Assembly (NCBI GenBank): GCA_044892505.1
Contig: CM097884.1
Coordinates: forward strand, 111,600,001-111,664,000
Source: Schmidtea nova
Lineage: Eukaryota
Reading direction: 5' to 3'
Length of the DNA stretch: 64,000 nucleotides
The position numbers and the translations under genes were made by a program. Positions 26,621-37,237 of the stretch are shown piece after piece. Position 1 is the stretch's first letter, and each line of letters opens with the position of its first letter. The notes beneath the pieces are model-generated. The model made no database searches, was not told the DNA's origin, and saw nothing but the letters and a program-made list of their open reading frames with translations.

Positions 26621-26852
26621 CCCTTTCTAATGTGGTGGCAATATACTGTACACCATTTTAATCTAATAAAAATATCTAAGTATAACGCTGTCGGTAATCA
26701 TTTTTACTTTTGGTACAACTACTGACATATATTGAGCCACAAGAGAACAAATTTATAGTATTTGAAACCATAGATGTGTTTTCCCGCTATATTTATTGAC
26801 AGCTGACAGACAAGTGTGTGTGACCTACTACTTTCCTTTGCCTTAGAAAGGG
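26621..26852. mobile_element. piggyBac-like MITE
   Basis: TTAA|CCCTTTCTAA ... TTAGAAAGGG|TTAA. Confidence 0.7.
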
Positions 26853-27376
26853 TTAAGTAACAATGAACTTCTTTTACTTTATTGTTTAATTTTGATATTA
26901 TCCTCTCATTTCTCAATTTCTAGCTCTCATTTCTTTTTCACCAAACTCCAAGACATCACTCCGTTTACTCTATTAATTTTGCCCAATCATTTTATTTATT
27001 TATGATATTATTTAATTTTATTATTTAGGTATCCTCAACCATATAAAAATGCACTGAATCTCTTACATTTAGAATAACTCAATTTGTTTAAATTTCTGCA
27101 AGATTTGCATAATGGTAAAATCATTTTGTAAGGATGGACACATTTTAATGATTATGTTGAATACATCTTTAAATCTAACAAAACATAATCAATATTTTTT
27201 CAATAAAATATCCATTTTTGCGATTTCATATTTGTTGGAATTTCTAATTCAGGTACCGTGGAACTTTCTTTAGCTATTACTCCAAATTATATCTGTTTGC
27301 AACAACATTGACAGTTCTAGTTAGGCTTGTGTAGTGGTCTAGAAAGCCGATACCCAAAATTCTCTCAAATGATATT

Positions 27377-27631
27377 TCACAAACCATGAAATTGATCCTG
27401 CGTAAACCACTGAACAATATCAAAAGTATTAGATGAACCACATGGAAAATGACTCAAGGGATCCATAAATTGGCCCATTACTTTTAAACATTTCATTCTA
27501 ACGTGAGAATATGTTGAGTTTAAATTTCGAACAATTTGCATTATTTGGAAATTGTTGATATCATTACATTTAGAAATTGAATTAATTTCTTTCAAAATTT
27601 CATATTTTTCAGGTGATAAAACATCGGTCAT
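27377..27631 (-). pseudogene. Captured 5' fragment of an unidentified host gene inside the LTR, antisense to the element (second copy 32961-33215)
   Basis: ORF MTDVLSPEKYEILKEI...VRMKCLKVMGQF...FDIVQWFTQDQFH with a weak HEAT-like look, followed by a candidate 46-nt GT..AG intron (27384-27339). Head-to-head with the NOMO fragment. Confidence 0.5.
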
Positions 27632-27881
27632 TGTGGTTGGACTTGCAAAATGATTGGTAAAAATGATATATTTTAATTTTTTACATTTGCATTTATTTTG
27701 CATTGAATAACATTGATTTTTTTATTTTGACTGAGGGTTTGGTATTGTTTGAGGTTTGTTTTAATATTTCTCGTGGAATTTATATTTGGCTGCTAAAGTT
27801 TAAAAATTGTAAGAAACTGGTGAATATTGTTTAAAATAAATATTTTTTAAAAAGTGGACTACTAGTTTTTGATAATTTAAA

Positions 27882-28285
27882 ATGCGTTATTCTATTGTTA
27901 AAATTTTAATTGTCCTACAAATTTTAACACTTCATATTTTGCAAATGTGTCACAGTAATATTGTTGGATGTGGTGGTTTCGTTAAAACAGATATCATTGG
28001 ATTTGCTTATCATAAATTATCAGCACAATTAATGTTTTCGGACGGAACTCTAAATTATGTGACTGATGTCCCTCCAAATGGAGCGCATTCTATTCCTATA
28101 TATGATTTCGGTTTCTATGTTACCAAAATTATGAGTCCTGACGGTTGGAATATTGAACCAACTGATGGCTACGTTATAAACATTAATAGCCAAGATTCTC
28201 GTCCAGATGACTATAATTTTCATTTCGCTGGTTTTACCGTACTTGGTAAAGTATCAACAGCTAATATTGAAACAGGTCCACTAAA
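27882..28285 (+). pseudogene. NOMO: Captured 5' coding fragment of nodal modulator (signal peptide plus first domain) in the 5' LTR
   Basis: IVGCGGFVK..GTLNYVTDVPPNG.HSIPIYD.G...KI.SPDGWNIEP...NFHFAGFTVLGKV...GP matches the N-terminus of NOMO proteins as I recall it (VVGCGGFVK..GTLKYQTDCAPNNG.FMIPLYDKG...KIEPPLGWSFEP..INFVFTGFSVNGKV). Confidence 0.9.
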
Positions 28286-28287
28286 AA

Positions 28288-28305
28288 TGGTGTCAGAAGT
28301 GGGAT
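28288..28305 (+). promoter_or_regulatory. Primer-binding site, probably tRNA-Leu
   Basis: TGGTGTCAGAAGTGGGAT is complementary to a eukaryotic tRNA-Leu 3' end (..ATCCCACTTCTGACACCA). Confidence 0.9.
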
Positions 28306-28309
28306 CTGA

Positions 28310-29359
28310 ACCCACGCCTCCATTCGGTATGGCGGCGCACCATCAAGTATAGATGATGACAACGAATACGACGATAAAAAGCCCAAACCTTTGCCTAAAA
28401 AGCAAAGAAATGTTCGAGGCGCTGCTTCTTCCGACAGTAACTCTAGACAAAATATTAATTGTCCGTTCTTTTTAGATGAGAACCAATCACCATCAACTTG
28501 GTTACTCACACTCGAAGCCCTTTTAGAAAGTTGCGGCGTTACTTCTTCAAGAGATAAATTCTATAGAATATTATCTCTCATTCCACAGGAACATTTAGGC
28601 CGCCTTTCTGCCGTTATTCGCCGCACAACGCAAAAAACCTTTCTAACTCCTTTTGAGGAACTCAGCACAGGACTGCTGGATTTATTTAAAGTCCCCAAAC
28701 AGGAAATATTCTCAAAATATTTCAAGGCCCAATCTTTAGGAAGTTGTAAGCCGACAGAATTTTTGCAGAAGGCTTTTACAGACCTCGAACAAATGCAAAA
28801 TGGGACAGCACCCGACCAAAACATGCTACGCCAGTTCTTTTTAAGTGTACTTCCGACACACACACAACAGATACTTGCTTTATCGTCTCCGGTAGATATA
28901 CACGAATTAGCAAAAATGGCGGACAAAATTCATGAAATTGTTCCGTTAGGTGGTACACCAGGCTCATCTGTCAATAGCCTTCCTATCGCAAGCCCGCCGC
29001 TCCCATCATCAACAGAAAATGCTCTTCTTTGCGCCATTCGCGACCTTACTGATCGTATTTCGCATTTGGAACGTTATAAATCTCCGTCTCGAAATCCACC
29101 ACCTTCCAATGCGTTTGACCGACGACGTTCCAAATCCCCGGCTTATTCAAACATTTGCTTTTATCATACCAAATACGGGACGAAAGCAAATTGTTGCAAC
29201 ATAGGATGTGGCTGGCGAAACAAAGCAGCTACCCTCAAAATCATTGATAAGTGCATCTATCACGCACGATTTGGGGATAAAGCAAACAAATGCATTGTAG
29301 GTTGCAAATCCTACAATTCCCCACCATCTTCTCCAAACAACATTCAAAAAAACTTGTAA
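28310..29359 (+). CDS. gag: Gag (open frame 28310-29359, no early in-frame ATG)
   Basis: PSTWLLTLEALLESCGVTSSRDKF capsid-type N-terminus, and two C-terminal CxYHx(K/R)(Y/F)GxKAxxCxxxC knuckles typical of this Gypsy group. Confidence 0.9.
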   Translation, partial: THASIRYGGAPSSIDDDNEYDDKKPKPLPKKQRNVRGAASSDSNSRQNINCPFFLDENQSPSTWLLTLEALLESCGVTSSRDKFYRILSLIPQEHLGRLSAVIRRTTQKTFLTPFEELSTGLLDLFKVPKQEIFSKYFKAQSLGSCKPTEFLQKAFTDLEQMQNGTAPDQNMLRQFFLSVLPTHTQQILALSSPVDIHELAKMADKIHEIVPLGGTPGSSVNSLPIASPPLPSSTENALLCAIRDLTDRISHLERYKSPSRNPPPSNAFDRRRSKSPAYSNICFYHTKYGTKANCCNIGCGWRNKAATLKIIDKCIYHARFGDKANKCIVGCKSYNSPPSSPNNIQKNL

Positions 29360-32300
29360 TGCCATCACTCGTTGCGGCTGAAGTTGATGGCAAATTACCT
29401 CCTGCACTCGATTTATTTCTAGTGAGAGCTGAATCCCCTTCTTTCAGCGTTTCTCCGAACTTTTGCAGTACTCTCGATTTTCTTGTTGACACAGGATCCA
29501 GCCTCTCCATTCTTCCTTTACAATATGAATCTCTTTGCGATGATTCCGTTTATACCTTGAAAGCCACCAACGGAACCATGGTAAATACACACGGTTCTTT
29601 TTCAGCAAATTTCGTTCTTCCTTCTTTAAATCAATCTTTTATATGGAAGTTCTGTGTCGCTGACGTTATCCATCCCATTCTTGGCTCAGACTTTTTGAGT
29701 TCACACAATTTGTTGGTCGATTGTCGTTCACGCCTTTTGAGAACACATTCGCACACAAATTCGTCTTTAGTCATTGACACAAAAAAACTCAACATTTCCA
29801 ACTCATCTGACGTTTCTGTATCTACTGCCATTCAACCTATTCATCCAAAGATTGCTACAGACATTTTAAATAAATACACATTTTCACAAACAATGCCTTT
29901 ACGAAAGCAAGTCTCTGTAACATCTTACTGCCATACTATCAACACCACAAACTCTCTTCCGGTACGTTGTAAAGTACGCCCTCTTTCGAACGAAAAACTA
30001 GATTTTGTTCGCTCCGAATTCGCTACTTTGTTGAACGAAGGCATTATTAAAAGATCTAAATCTCCATGGTCTTCACCACTTCATCTCGTACCAAAGAAAG
30101 ACGGAACTTTCAGACCTTGTGGAGATTATCGTCGTTTAAATATGATTACGGTTCACGACTCATATTCTATGCCTTTAGTAAACGATATTTTGTACAGACT
30201 TACCGAGGCCAAAATATTTTCAACTATCGACTTAGTTAAGGCCTATCACCAAATCCCAGTTAAAGAATCTGACGTGGAAAAAACCGCAGTTTTAACACCT
30301 ATCGGACTTTTTGAGTACGTTTTCATGCCGTTTGGCCTTAGAAATTCCGCTCAAACCTTTCAAAGACACATCGACCATATTTTAATGGATTTACCATTCG
30401 CAATTCCTTATATTGACGATATCCTTATTGGTTCTAAGGATGCGGAAACACACAAAAAACATTTAGATGCAGTTCTTTGCGCACTTTCTTCCAATAACCT
30501 ACAAATTAATTTAGATAAGTGTTTATTTTTTAAAGAAGAAGTCCGTTTTTTAGGTCACATTATCTCGGGTCAAGGCGTCAGTCCACCATCCGACAGACTA
30601 GATACTATATCTAAGTTTCCTCTCCCACAAACTGTTACTCAACTTCGGAGTTTTCTGGGAACAGTAAACTATTGCCACCGTTTTATTCCTAAAATTTCAG
30701 AAATTCTTTCACCACTTTCTGGTTACTGTTCTAAACCAAAGAAATCTATAATTCCTTGGAACGATACTTCGTTGCTCGCTTTTGAGCATGCCAAAACAGC
30801 CCTTGCAAACATACAGACTTTGCATTATCCACGAGGAGATTTGCCATTACGTTTAACCACAGACGCGTCAAACATAGCAATCGGTGCCGTTCTGCACCAG
30901 ATAAACGGTTACATCCCAGAGCCACTAGAATTTTACTCAAAGAAACTTACCTCACCACAACAAAAATATTCAGCTTTCGACCGCGAACTTCTCGCTATTT
31001 ACCAATCGGTTAAACATTTTAAGCATTTACTCGAGGGCCGTCTTTTTAGCATCCATACAGACCACAAGCCACTTGTTTACTTGTTCTCAATGAAAGACCC
31101 TTCTCCGAGACAACAACGCCAGATTAGCTATATTAGCGAATTTTCTTGCCAAATATACCACATCGCCGGCAGTGATAACATTATAGCTGATTGCCTTTCA
31201 CGAAATGTAAACGCAATTTTCCACTGTCCTTTATTTTCTATCGACGAACTCCAAAATAATCCTCCAGATGCCATTGATATTTCGAAATTTGGCGACAAAC
31301 ACATAATCAAAGACAAAATTCACTACGACTCATCACTTCCTGGCACTCTTCGCCCAATCTTGAATGACTCCATGAGAAAACTGGCTTTTCTCTCTGTCCA
31401 CAACACGCACCACCCAGGTTCCTCAGCCACTTTTAATCTATTACACACGTGTGTAGTTTGGCCAAACATGAGACATGATGTTAAACTCTGGGTTGCACAA
31501 TGCATAGGATGCCAACGTTTTAAGATAACTAAGCACACTAAACCTCCAATAATTCATTATCCCACTGGCAACCGTTTCGAAAACTTACACATTGACATCG
31601 TCGGCCCAGTCCCAAGTGACTGCGGTTTCTCTTACTTATTAACCATGATCGACCGCAAGACTCGTTGGTTCGAAGTCATTCCTTTACGCACCATTTCTTC
31701 TAACACTATCGCAACTTCGCTAATTCAAAATTGGATTTCACGATATGGAGTTCCCAAGTCGATCATCAGTGATCGCGGAACACAGTTTGAATCTAACTTA
31801 TTTCAAGCTTTGACCGCTAAACTTGGGATACAACATCTTCGTACGACCACATATCATCCACAAACAAACGGGTTAGTCGAACGTTTCCATCGTACTTTAA
31901 AAGCTTCTCTTGGCATTCTTTCTGAACAACAAGGTTGGACAAAGGTTTTACCTTTCGTATTATTAGGTTGGCGAAATACACCTTCTAGGACTACAGGATC
32001 ATCACCTGCTCAATTACTTTTCGGTACAAACACATCATTACCAGGTCAACTTGTCGACTTTGATAACTCTCCTACTTTGGAAGATCTCGCGATTGCTAGA
32101 GACCATTTTTTATCAATCGACACTAATCCTGAATTCTCTTCCGCGACAACCTATAAACCTTACATTCCAAAAACATTCGAAAATGCATCACACGTCTATA
32201 TTAGAAATATAACTGATGCAAGTTTAAAGCCAAGATATTCCGGACCTTACAAGCTCGTCGATATTAAAGAAAACAACGCGAAAGTGATCGTTAACGACTC

Positions 32301-32700
32301 TACACAAACATTTAACCTCTGCCGTCTTAAACCAGCTTTAGTTTTGCTCGATGATGAACCTCCACCTGACAATTTCTCGATCCAAACCGATATAATCCCG
32401 AACTCTCACATAAACGATAATGACCCTATCAATTCCACTGAGGACGATCTTTCCAACAACTCACCTTCATACCCGATTGTTCAAACATCAGACGCAGAAA
32501 ACAAAATGACGGAAAAATCTGAATACATACCGTTTATCCAAGAACCGAATGACGTACTTCGTTTACCACCCATTTTGAGGAAAACAAAGCAAACACAAAA
32601 TAAACCAAAGTCCGTCACTTACAACAAATGGGTTCGTGTCCGTTCTATTAATCAAAAACCGGATTCACCAACTAGACTAATAAGAATCTATTCAAATTAA
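29290..32700 (+). CDS. pol: Pol polyprotein: protease, RT, RNase H, integrase
   Basis: LVDTGSS, YIDDILI, TDASNIAIGAVL, HNTHHPG..CIGC, HIDIVGP..DRGTQFE..NGLVERFHRTLK in Gypsy domain order. No stops. Confidence 0.97.
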   Translation: MHCRLQILQFPTIFSKQHSKKLVMPSLVAAEVDGKLPPALDLFLVRAESPSFSVSPNFCSTLDFLVDTGSSLSILPLQYESLCDDSVYTLKATNGTMVNTHGSFSANFVLPSLNQSFIWKFCVADVIHPILGSDFLSSHNLLVDCRSRLLRTHSHTNSSLVIDTKKLNISNSSDVSVSTAIQPIHPKIATDILNKYTFSQTMPLRKQVSVTSYCHTINTTNSLPVRCKVRPLSNEKLDFVRSEFATLLNEGIIKRSKSPWSSPLHLVPKKDGTFRPCGDYRRLNMITVHDSYSMPLVNDILYRLTEAKIFSTIDLVKAYHQIPVKESDVEKTAVLTPIGLFEYVFMPFGLRNSAQTFQRHIDHILMDLPFAIPYIDDILIGSKDAETHKKHLDAVLCALSSNNLQINLDKCLFFKEEVRFLGHIISGQGVSPPSDRLDTISKFPLPQTVTQLRSFLGTVNYCHRFIPKISEILSPLSGYCSKPKKSIIPWNDTSLLAFEHAKTALANIQTLHYPRGDLPLRLTTDASNIAIGAVLHQINGYIPEPLEFYSKKLTSPQQKYSAFDRELLAIYQSVKHFKHLLEGRLFSIHTDHKPLVYLFSMKDPSPRQQRQISYISEFSCQIYHIAGSDNIIADCLSRNVNAIFHCPLFSIDELQNNPPDAIDISKFGDKHIIKDKIHYDSSLPGTLRPILNDSMRKLAFLSVHNTHHPGSSATFNLLHTCVVWPNMRHDVKLWVAQCIGCQRFKITKHTKPPIIHYPTGNRFENLHIDIVGPVPSDCGFSYLLTMIDRKTRWFEVIPLRTISSNTIATSLIQNWISRYGVPKSIISDRGTQFESNLFQALTAKLGIQHLRTTTYHPQTNGLVERFHRTLKASLGILSEQQGWTKVLPFVLLGWRNTPSRTTGSSPAQLLFGTNTSLPGQLVDFDNSPTLEDLAIARDHFLSIDTNPEFSSATTYKPYIPKTFENASHVYIRNITDASLKPRYSGPYKLVDIKENNAKVIVNDSTQTFNLCRLKPALVLLDDEPPPDNFSIQTDIIPNSHINDNDPINSTEDDLSNNSPSYPIVQTSDAENKMTEKSEYIPFIQEPNDVLRLPPILRKTKQTQNKPKSVTYNKWVRVRSINQKPDSPTRLIRIYSN
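29347..29390 (+). promoter_or_regulatory. -1 programmed ribosomal frameshift signal (gag to pol)
   Basis: A AAA AAC heptamer in the gag frame (29347-29353), pol in the -1 frame, and a downstream stem GCCATCA...TGATGGC. Confidence 0.85.
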
Positions 32701-32901
32701 TTGCACCACTTTCCACCAAGTTCTATTAGTTTTTTTTCGGTTTCCTAAATTTCTTTCGCAATTCTTTCTCAGGTTATTCCATTTCTTTCACGACTCTTTC
32801 CAAATACTTTCCGGACACTACAAAATACCATATTATTATATACTAAACTACTATATTACGTATCTACATTATAGTATTTCAAAATGTGCTCCGCATCTTC
32901 C

Positions 32902-32913
32902 GATGGGGGCTGA
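32902..32913 (+). promoter_or_regulatory. Polypurine tract
   Basis: GATGGGGGCTGA immediately precedes the 3' LTR. Confidence 0.75.
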
Positions 32914-33869
32914 TGTAGTGGTCTAGAAAGCCGATACCCAAAATTCTCTCAAATGATATTTCACAAACCATGAAATTGATCCTGCGTAAACCACTGAACA
33001 ATATCAAAAGTATTAGATGAACCACATGGAAAATGACTCAAGGGATCCATAAATTGGCCCATTACTTTTAAACATTTCATTCTAACGTGAGAATATGTTG
33101 AGTTTAAATTTCGAACAATTTGCATTATTTGGAAATTGTTGATATCATTACATTTAGAAATTGAATTAATTTCTTTCAAAATTTCATATTTTTCAGGTGA
33201 TAAAACATCGGTCATTGTGGTTGGACTTGCAAAATGATTGGTAAAAATGATATATTTTAATTTTTTACATTTGCATTTATTTTGCATTGAATAACATTGA
33301 TTTTTTTATTTTGACTGAGGGTTTGGTATTGTTTGAGGTTTGTTTTAATATTTCTCGTGGAATTTATATTTGGCTGCTAAAGTTTAAAAATTGTAAGAAA
33401 CTGGTGAATATTGTTTAAAATAAATATTTTTTAAAAAGTGGACTACTAGTTTTTGATAATTTAAAATGCGTTATTCTATTGTTAAAATTTTAATTGTCCT
33501 ACAAATTTTAACACTTCATATTTTGCAAATGTGTCACAGTAATATTGTTGGATGTGGTGGTTTCGTTAAAACAGATATCATTGGATTTGCTTATCATAAA
33601 TTATCAGCACAATTAATGTTTTCGGACGGAACTCTAAATTATGTGACTGATGTCCCTCCAAATGGAGCGCATTCTATTCCTATATATGATTTCGGTTTCT
33701 ATGTTACCAAAATTATGAGTCCTGACGGTTGGAATATTGAACCAACTGATGGCTACGTTATAAACATTAATAGCCAAGATTCTCGTCCAGATGACTATAA
33801 TTTTCATTTCGCTGGTTTTACCGTACTTGGTAAAGTATCAACAGCTAATATTGAAACAGGTCCACTAAA
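32914..33869 (+). repeat. 3' LTR
   Basis: Direct repeat of 27330-28285, followed by TSD GCTTG. Confidence 0.95.
33466..33869 (+). pseudogene. NOMO: Second copy of the captured NOMO fragment, in the 3' LTR
   Basis: Translation identical to 27882-28285 up to the LTR end, then runs into flanking DNA. Confidence 0.9.
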
Positions 33870-33984
33870 GCTTGTCTACTTTTCATTTGAATCTCACTGT
33901 CCGAAGTAAACTTTTCAGTAATATAATATATTGCAAAAATAGTACTCGTGGTTCAATTGATTTAAAATAGTATTTATTTATTAA

Positions 33985-34218
33985 CCCTTTCCACTCACAT
34001 TAATTTAGCCGTGATTGTTCGTTCTAGTCATACTTAATTTAGAGAATTTTGTGGAATTTCAATAATCTTTGTTGTAATTTGTAATTATTTGGTCCACCTA
34101 TCTCAGGAACCCCAAATTAGAAAAAAGTGATCTTGGTGTCGTTTCCGAATAAGCCATCATGAGTGTTAGGCCAAAAAAAATATTTTTCAAGAATTTTTGC
34201 CAAGATGAGTGGAAAGGG
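33985..34218. mobile_element. piggyBac-like MITE
   Basis: TTAA|CCCTTTCCACTCA ... TGAGTGGAAAGGG|TTAA. Confidence 0.75.
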
Positions 34219-34804
34219 TTAATTTTGCATTCATAACTTGCACCCTACCCCAAAAAACAAAATTTTCGTTTATTATCAATTTTGAGGTAATTTAGTCCGG
34301 TCCACCGACTTCTGTTTAACTTTAATAATTAGTAATTTATTTAATTGATTCAAACAAACATGTTTTTCATCTACTGCATCATGAGAAAAGAAAGCTAATT
34401 TATAGATACGCTAACAATATAGATTCATAAAAGAGTGAATGGTAAAGTGACAATCAGTATAAAAACCTTAGCTGACATGTTGACTACCAAGTGACCTGCT
34501 TGGGGAGCAGTTTCATATGTTATTTTTACAGATGCCCTGATTTAGCCAGTCAACTATATTTTCCCGCTATATTAATATTTAATATATGAGTTACAAAGTA
34601 AAATGAATAAATAATACAGTTATTAATTAATTTATTGCAATTGCAGCTAACTTGTCAAATAACCTTAAAGGTAAAAACATTTTTAATCGTTTGATAAATA
34701 CAAATAATTGTTTTGCTGAAGCATTTATAATTGGCCTAAATGTAAAAATGATTCTTTTCTATAAAATTTGAAAACACTGAGAAATATTTTCATTTTTCGC
34801 TCCC

Positions 34805-35900
34805 TTTATACGCGGTGCTCCCAATAAGTACTAGGTCTCATATAGAAAGCAAAAGGTAATTCCAGAGAAGGAATTTTTAGGCAATATCTCGCCTAAACTT
34901 CAGTGACTTCATTCGGAAAATCCTTTTCTAAAGAAAAAATGGCAATCCTTTAGGGCTCGCTTGAGTAGTTTGATTAAGATAAAATTGAAAGGGGCCAAAG
35001 CAGTATGTAAAGTTGATGTGGAAGCACTATAAGGCCATAACCTTAAATAGTTTCATCGACAAGTTACAGATGTGAATTGGTACATTGCCATGCAAGTAGT
35101 ACAAGTCTCATACTCAATATTTCCTTCTCAATTTTCTGGTTTACTATACGAAGTTGCCCTAGTACTTACTGTTGAGCTGGACCCCATATTACGCAAAATT
35201 TGTTAAAATCACACAATTTGCATCCAGAAAGTAGAATACATCCAAAGTTTCGTATGTGATGATGATAATTGCTTCTTCCTTAAACTAGTCTCTCATAATA
35301 GTTTTCACTCTTGTGATTCCTTTTTCGCGTTATGGATGAAAAGAGAGGCGCCTTATTCGTTGTGATGATGTTATATACAGATGGGCTCTCACACACTGCA
35401 AATTTTTCAAATTCTCTATACAAAACGGCAATTGCCTAGTTAATAAATCAGAGGTTACCAAATGTGGTACAACGTGCGAACACAATTTTGTATGACACTT
35501 ACTGCTAACAGTGTCTGGAAAGTACTTTTCTGTTATTTAAATTTGCTTGGAGTCCTAATGCTTTTTCAATAATTTAAGTTGACATTTTAAAGATTTTACA
35601 TTTTTGCTAATCTTTTAGGTTCTTTCGGGTTTTCCTTGGACAACCACAGAGGTTCTTCCAGTTGTAAATTCATTGAACCAGTGTTTTATTGTTGACAAAC
35701 AAAGACTTTCTTCACCTTTATCAGAATATAATTTTATTTAAATTTCCTCTTGGTTTTTTTTCCTTTAAATACGAAAATCGAATCACACTGCGGTATTTCA
35801 CCCTTTTCAATGTCATTTTCAAAGTTACGCATTTCAGCTATTCAATAAATAATGAAAGACTACAAAGAAATACATTGTACTTAACCTTTTTTATAATATA
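34805..35900 (-). pseudogene. Decayed mariner transposase element
   Basis: Minus strand KLCSHVVPHL (WVPHEL-like), IITTNK (ITGDE-like) and HNAKKESQE. TIR-like TATACGCGGTGCTCCCAATAAGT near 34807. Confidence 0.5.
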
Positions 35901-37194
35901 GTAAAACTTGCCTTCACCCTGCTATAAAAGGCTCGTTACTAATTGGGATTACCACAAAAAGGCGATGTCAGAGATTCGTGTACCAATAAATGAAGATTTT
36001 GATTTTTAGTCAGAAAAATGAAAATATATGAAGTCAATAAAAGATCAATGTTTGAAATAATTAAAAATGTTAATGATAATAACATAAAGCTTAAAAAATC
36101 TTTACAGCCTATTTGGATAGAACAGGCAATGATAAATTAATTTTTTTTTATATATCAATAATACAAATTTACACAATTTTTCCACATTAAATCCGGCAGA
36201 ACATATAAATACAATTCTCAAGCGTAGTTCAAATGCTATTCTTAATCTCTTGAACAAATAATGAATAAAAATATTATATTATAAAAATATTCTTTAAAAG
36301 ATAAATTTTTTTCATTTAGCGTTTATTTAAGAAAATTTATACATATTTTTTAATAATTTTTAGATAATATTTTGATTGGAAAAGCAAAAACGAGATATAA
36401 TAATAACAATAAATATTAATACTAGTGGAATATGAAAAGATATTTTCTGATCCTGAGGGAACGATTAGAACGGTTTAAATGCAATTTAGAAAGTAATTGA
36501 ATTTTTATGAAAATTTTCAAAATCTTGCATATCAAATATCATAATTATTTACTTTATTATGATAGACTCTTTCATGAACCTTTAAAATATAATGTAATTA
36601 CTTCTTATAAAAAAGAATTATTGTGAGACTTAAATAACCGTGAGAGTACCAAACTATGTATAAAAATTACAACAATAAATTTGATTATAATAATTATTAT
36701 TTTATCATAATTATCTTTTGATTGGATCTTTTTTTTAAATTCAAAATTTTCATACAATTTTTTGTAAAACTAAAGATCAAAAAATTTTGATATAAAGTCT
36801 TCCAAAAATTAATATGAAATTTATAAAATTAAAAATTATTTTTTTCTTTTAAACAATAAATTTGATAATAATAATAATTATTATTTTTATTAAATTAGTT
36901 ATATAATTTATATGCAAAATACAGTTTACAATATTACAACAAAATTTTCATTCCATGCATCATTTAATGATAGCTCAGAAATTCTTATGTATAATCTAAA
37001 TATATACAATGCGCATTAGTGAAATTAAAAATATTTAAGACCAATGAGACTTGACATCGTAATTGCATTCTACCACATTTACTTCAGCAGTCTTCAATTT
37101 AGTTTTAAACATTGCTTTAGAATAAGTGAGGAATTGAAAGTTTTTTTATATAATTAAACATAATAACAAGTTAATTAAAACCGCATAATTATTA

Positions 37195-37236
<42 letters not shown>

Positions 37237-37237
<1 letters not shown>

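Larger units (their letters stand above)
27330..28285 (+). repeat. 5' LTR (TGTAGTGG...CCACTAAA)
   Basis: Matches 32914-33869 with no mismatch seen by eye. Followed by a 2-nt spacer and the PBS. Confidence 0.95.
27330..33869 (+). mobile_element. Young full-length Ty3/Gypsy LTR retrotransposon with host-derived LTRs
   Basis: Two 956-bp direct repeats at constant offset 5584, 5-bp TSD GCTTG (27325-27329 and 33870-33874), PBS, PPT, and uninterrupted gag and pol frames. Confidence 0.97.
25290..33905 (+). pseudogene. Disrupted multi-exon host gene for a probable multi-pass membrane protein; exons 25290-25453, 25513-25611, 27029-27127 and 27253-27329+33875-33905
   Basis: Four AG/GT-bounded exons splice in one frame through phase-2 junctions (the last three are 99, 99 and 108 nt). 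There is one internal TAA (27075), and the last exon is split by the Gypsy insertion. An LRR-like decayed stretch near 23200-23290 may belong to the same gene. Confidence 0.5.

Noticed and set aside
27330-33869. Direct repeats as a local tandem duplication of a resident NOMO locus
   Set aside because: The TSD lies outside both repeats, PBS and PPT abut them, NOMO homology stops at the repeat end, and the flanks rejoin into an exon of a different gene.
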